NCBI GenBank assembly: GCA_041690295.1
Contig: JAWLHR010000015.1
Coordinates: 15,102 to 79,101 of the forward strand
DNA: 64,000 nucleotides
Direction of reading: 5' to 3'
Origin: Bdellovibrionales bacterium
Lineage (GTDB): Bacteria > Bdellovibrionota > Bdellovibrionia > Bdellovibrionales > UBA1609
The translations under genes and the position numbers were made by a program. Positions 60,573 through 64,000 of the stretch are shown piece after piece (the stretch's first letter is position 1; every line of letters begins with the position of its first letter). The notes under the pieces are model-generated. The model made no database searches. It worked only from the letters and a program-made list of their open reading frames with translations, and was not told the DNA's origin.

Positions 60573-61193
60573 ATGAATTTAAAGAGCCTGAGCTTAAAAA
60601 TCGGCTTACTCGCTGTCAGCGTTTTAGTCGGCTGTTCAAACCACTTCCGCGAATCGGATTCATTGCTGATTGGTGATGATGTGGATCAGCTATTGAATGA
60701 CATTGAGTTCGCTCAAGCCAATTCACCGAGTTCCGGGCCGGTGACTCAGGTGTTGGCGATGAAAAACGAACCGGATGTTACGGTTTATGTGGCTCAGGCA
60801 CCCACACCCACGGTGCGTGTGGCGAATCTGATCGGCTTTTATGATTTCTCGATTTTTGGCGATACGTCCGGCCAGCTTGGTTACAAAAGTTTCTCGGAAG
60901 TGCTGATTCTGTTCTTCGATGTTCCCCGAGATTCCGGCAGAGATGCGGGAATTATTTTTGGACTCAAGAAAGTCGGCAGCGATACGATGGAATATCACGC
61001 GTTTTCTGGCACGGCTTCAATCGATGATGACACCTATGTGGCGGAACTGAATGGCGCCAGCGGACAAACCGAATTGTTTCTCGAAAGCTACGATGTGGCG
61101 GGTGATGATTTAACCGGCGTCATCCAATTGCTTGTATTTGACGGCAATAATAATTATCTCGGAAAAGTTTTTTCGCTAACCGGCTTCCGGTAA
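60573..61193 (+). CDS. Hypothetical acidic lipoprotein
   Basis: MNLKSLSLKIGLLAVSVLVGC lipobox; beta-rich mature part. Confidence 0.75.
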   Translation: MNLKSLSLKIGLLAVSVLVGCSNHFRESDSLLIGDDVDQLLNDIEFAQANSPSSGPVTQVLAMKNEPDVTVYVAQAPTPTVRVANLIGFYDFSIFGDTSGQLGYKSFSEVLILFFDVPRDSGRDAGIIFGLKKVGSDTMEYHAFSGTASIDDDTYVAELNGASGQTELFLESYDVAGDDLTGVIQLLVFDGNNNYLGKVFSLTGFR

Positions 61194-61239
61194 CACACAA
61201 GTCCTTGCATTTCTAAAAAAAACTCTTCGTAATAAAAGA

Positions 61240-62118
61240 ATGCTCAAGCTCTGGGTGGAGTTCTTCGAAGATTTGCAGCATGTCCGGGGCCGCTCGCAAA
61301 ACACAGTGATGGCTTATCGGCGCGATTTGGAACTTTTCAGTGAGTTCCGTAAAACCGGCAAGGAATTATCCGCGCTCTTCGATTTCATGAAACAAAAGAA
61401 ACTCTCCACCCGCTCGCAGGCGAGGGTGATCAGCAGCTTGCGAACTTATTTCCGCTTTCTGGAAGCTTCCGGCGAAAGCGCGCCGGAACTGCGCGAGTTG
61501 CGTCCGCCGCGGGTGAAGCCCAATCTCCCGAAGCCCATCACGATGGAAGAGTTTCAGCGGTTGTTGGATGCGTCCGTGGTGGAAGACGTGCATCGCACGG
61601 CTCGAAATCAAGTGACCTTGCTGCTTCTATTCGGGCTCGGTTGCCGGGTGAGCGAATTGGTCGCGCTGAACCTTTTTGATTTCAACGCCACCGATGCCTG
61701 GCTTAAGGTGGTTGGCAAGGGGGGTAAGGAACGACTTCTCCCGTTGTCGGCGAACCTGTTGGAAGCGCTTAAAAACTATTTAAAAGATGTGAGACCCCAT
61801 TTAGTGAAAGACGAAACCCGGGCGATATTGATCAATGACCGGGGGCATCGTCCTTCGCGGGTGGATGTATGGCGTTGGCTGGCCGCTTGGTCGGCGAAGG
61901 CGGGATTTGAGGAATCGATCAGTCCCCATCAATTCCGCCACGGATGTGCCACGACATTACTGGAAAACGGGGCCGACCTTCGCACCATTCAAATGTTACT
62001 CGGACATTCAAGCCTTCAGACCACGCAGATTTACACCACGGTAACGGCGCACAAAATGCGCGAGGAAGTCGATCGGAATCATCCGCTGTCCGGTATTCGG
62101 TCGCTCGACGATTTGTAA
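61240..62118 (+). CDS. xerD: XerC/XerD-family tyrosine recombinase
   Basis: SQNTVMAYRRDL, GCRVSEL, GKGGKER, SPHQFRH, GADLRTIQMLLGHSS..TTQIYT; XerC versus XerD not certain. Confidence 0.85.
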   Translation: MLKLWVEFFEDLQHVRGRSQNTVMAYRRDLELFSEFRKTGKELSALFDFMKQKKLSTRSQARVISSLRTYFRFLEASGESAPELRELRPPRVKPNLPKPITMEEFQRLLDASVVEDVHRTARNQVTLLLLFGLGCRVSELVALNLFDFNATDAWLKVVGKGGKERLLPLSANLLEALKNYLKDVRPHLVKDETRAILINDRGHRPSRVDVWRWLAAWSAKAGFEESISPHQFRHGCATTLLENGADLRTIQMLLGHSSLQTTQIYTTVTAHKMREEVDRNHPLSGIRSLDDL

Positions 62119-62171
62119 TTCCCTTGAGTTCGCTTTGAAGCGTGGACCTTCACTTGCATTCCCGGTCGGGA

Positions 62172-63557
62172 ATGCTGATTAAAACATTATTTCATCATGA
62201 GGGCCGCTGGGAAAAAGGCGAGGTGGAGCTTCACGCTTTACCTGGTGTTCCCAATTTGCATTTTGTGGGGCTTCCGGATTCGCAGATTCGCGAGTCGGGG
62301 ATCAAACTGAAAGCGGCGCTCAAATCCTGCGGATGGTATTGGCCGCGTGGCAGCCAGATCGTGGTGAATCTTCGTCCCAACTATTTTCGAAAGTCGAGCG
62401 CGGGTGTGGAGCTCGCGATCGCCATGGGAATTCTCGCTTTGACCGGGCAATTATCTGAGGCTTTGCGCGAGGTTTTGGTTAAGAATTTCGTTTACGGTGA
62501 GGTGACTCTCGATGGCCGGGTGCTCGCGCCTCACGATATAAGCGGCGCCCTTCGCTTCGCCGATCAGGAAGTGCTCACGGGCACTGTGGGCGAAGAGCTG
62601 CGCTCCGGCCGCTGGGCGGAGATCGAATCACTGAAAGATCTTGAACCTCGCCGTAAGGAAAGATTTTTCGATTGGGAAAATTACTTTGTTCCGCCGGAAA
62701 GGCTTCCTTATGAACTTCACGAGGACGCGGCAAAAATTCTTTGCCTGGCCGTTCACATGAATCTTCATGTGCTTCTCGCGGGCCCGCAGGGTTCAGGAAA
62801 ATCCACTTGGGCGCGCGTGCTTTTCTCATTAACCGAGGCGCCGGATCCAGAAATGTATTTGGAACGGGAAGAACTGGTTGGCCGCGAGGATTTACGTTGG
62901 CGTCCCTTTGAGCAGCCCCATCATTCAATCACGGCTTTAGGGTTGATTGGCGGCGGCGTCCCCATCCGGCCGGGTGTGATCACGCGGGCCCATGGCGGCC
63001 TTTTGGTCATGGATGAGTTCTTGGAATTCAATCAAATGGCGCTAGAGAGTCTGCGGGAGCCGCTGGAGTGCGGACATATTGAGATCGCGCGCAAAGGTTT
63101 GAGGGATCGATTGCCGGCGCGGTTTCAATTGATCGGCACCACCAATCTCTGCCCCTGCGGCAAACTTAGTCCGGGCAAGTTTCCCGAATGCCCGATGTAT
63201 TTGAATCGCTGCCGTTCGGTGGTGAGAAGGCTCAGCGGACCTTTGCTTGATCGCTTTGACGTGCTTGTTTTCACCCACCGCTGGAACGCGAAGGGGCGGC
63301 GCGTGGGGTGGTGGGAAATGCGGGAGCAGCTCGACGATTTACGTCAGTTCCGGGCTCAGCGTGGTGAGGTGGAAAGCGCGGTGCCCAATTGGGTGGCGGA
63401 TTTGAATCTGAATCATCGGCGCCTCCGCTCTTTGCTGCGGGTCGCCAGAGGCCTGGCGGATCTAGATCACTCAAAGAATATCCAGTCCAAGCACTTCCAA
63501 GGCGCGCTCCACTACGTGGTTGACCCGGTTCAGGAACTGGCTCAACTTTTCGCTTGA
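62172..63557 (+). CDS. comM: ComM/YifB Mg-chelatase-like AAA+ ATPase
   Basis: VGLPD..IRES, GPQGSGKS, RPFEQPHHS, AHGGLLVMDE, LREPLE, NLCPCG, SGPLLDRFD. Confidence 0.9.
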   Translation: MLIKTLFHHEGRWEKGEVELHALPGVPNLHFVGLPDSQIRESGIKLKAALKSCGWYWPRGSQIVVNLRPNYFRKSSAGVELAIAMGILALTGQLSEALREVLVKNFVYGEVTLDGRVLAPHDISGALRFADQEVLTGTVGEELRSGRWAEIESLKDLEPRRKERFFDWENYFVPPERLPYELHEDAAKILCLAVHMNLHVLLAGPQGSGKSTWARVLFSLTEAPDPEMYLEREELVGREDLRWRPFEQPHHSITALGLIGGGVPIRPGVITRAHGGLLVMDEFLEFNQMALESLREPLECGHIEIARKGLRDRLPARFQLIGTTNLCPCGKLSPGKFPECPMYLNRCRSVVRRLSGPLLDRFDVLVFTHRWNAKGRRVGWWEMREQLDDLRQFRAQRGEVESAVPNWVADLNLNHRRLRSLLRVARGLADLDHSKNIQSKHFQGALHYVVDPVQELAQLFA

Positions 63558-63616
63558 AGCTCAAGGTTTACAAGTCCTTGGGAATCTGGTTCACTGCGCT
63601 TTTCTTCCCCTTACGT

Positions 63617-63690
63617 GGTGGCATGGCCGAGTAGTTAGGCAGCGCTCTGCAAAAGCGTGCACCCCGGTGCGATTCCGGGTGCCACCTCCA
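63617..63690 (+). tRNA. tRNA-Cys(GCA)
   Basis: Acceptor GGTGGCA/TGCCACC, discriminator T, encoded CCA; anticodon arm GCGCT-CTGCAAA-AGCGT. Confidence 0.96.
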
Positions 63691-63908
63691 ATCACGCTTA
63701 ATCCCAAGGTAGTTTGATCGAGCCGGTATTCTCTCCGAATGACTTCATGGCCGTCAGCTCCGCTACATTGGGAAGGAGCTTATCGGTCACGAGAAGTAAA
63801 TCGTGTTTATCCAGTTCCCTTTCCATTTTTGAGTTCGCGTTTCATGCTTGCCACCAACGATTAAAATTTAGTCGCACCTTTGTTTAGAGAGCGCTCGAAC
63901 CGTGCCCG

Positions 63909-64000
63909 TATATGGACCCGCCCCGGTGCAACAAAAAGTTTCCTGGCCAAGTGAGTCGCGCAATCGATCGTATATTCGGCTCTCATGGTTTTTGCCACGG
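63909..64000 (-). mobile_element. Probable right end of an IS110-family (IS1111-type) element; the transposase would lie beyond the window
   Basis: Minus strand ...GAGAGCCGAATATACG...TTGCACCGGGGCGGGTCCATATA resembles, from recall, IS1111-group 3' non-coding ends and their ATGGAC-type subterminal IR. Confidence 0.45.

Noticed and set aside
61240..63690. Tyrosine recombinase near tRNA-Cys as a prophage or island integrase
   Set aside because: The 292-aa length and motifs are those of housekeeping XerC/D, comM lies between it and the tRNA, and I see no att duplication or phage genes.

Overview
A gene-dense chromosomal window of moderate GC. Gene content suggests a Bdellovibrionota-type bacterium (short HemA, NirK-cytochrome c fusion, CarD, many secreted hypotheticals); this is inference, not a database match. 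In order it carries: cobB; a heme operon (hemA-hemC/D-hemL-[histidine kinase + OmpR-type regulator]-hemE-hemN-hemY-hemH-2OG oxygenase); two giant unannotated secreted/membrane proteins; tRNA-Leu; queD; a sigma54-type nirK operon; queA-tgt-yajC-secD-secF-queC-DUF366; nfu; MFS; fbaB; lysS; a minor-pilin cluster; HD-GYP; recG; carD; gltX; cysS; uvrBC; nfeD-slipin; spoIID; a GNAT acyltransferase; xerD; comM; tRNA-Cys; and a probable IS110/IS1111 end at the right edge. The best candidates for new biology are: (1) a GGA-rich multi-hairpin RNA at about 24.73-24.89 kb resembling a CsrB/RsmZ sponge or CsrA-controlled leader; (2) a minor-pilin operon whose secreted partner has an FrpC self-processing-module-like domain with Ser-Pro in place of Asp-Pro; (3) the tandem 1380/1242 aa membrane proteins, which share two motifs; (4) a two-component system inside the heme operon with an OmpR-style tandem repeat in the operon promoter; (5) a GTAG-type REPIN-like 24-bp perfect hairpin. 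All calls come from reading motifs by eye; no searches were run.
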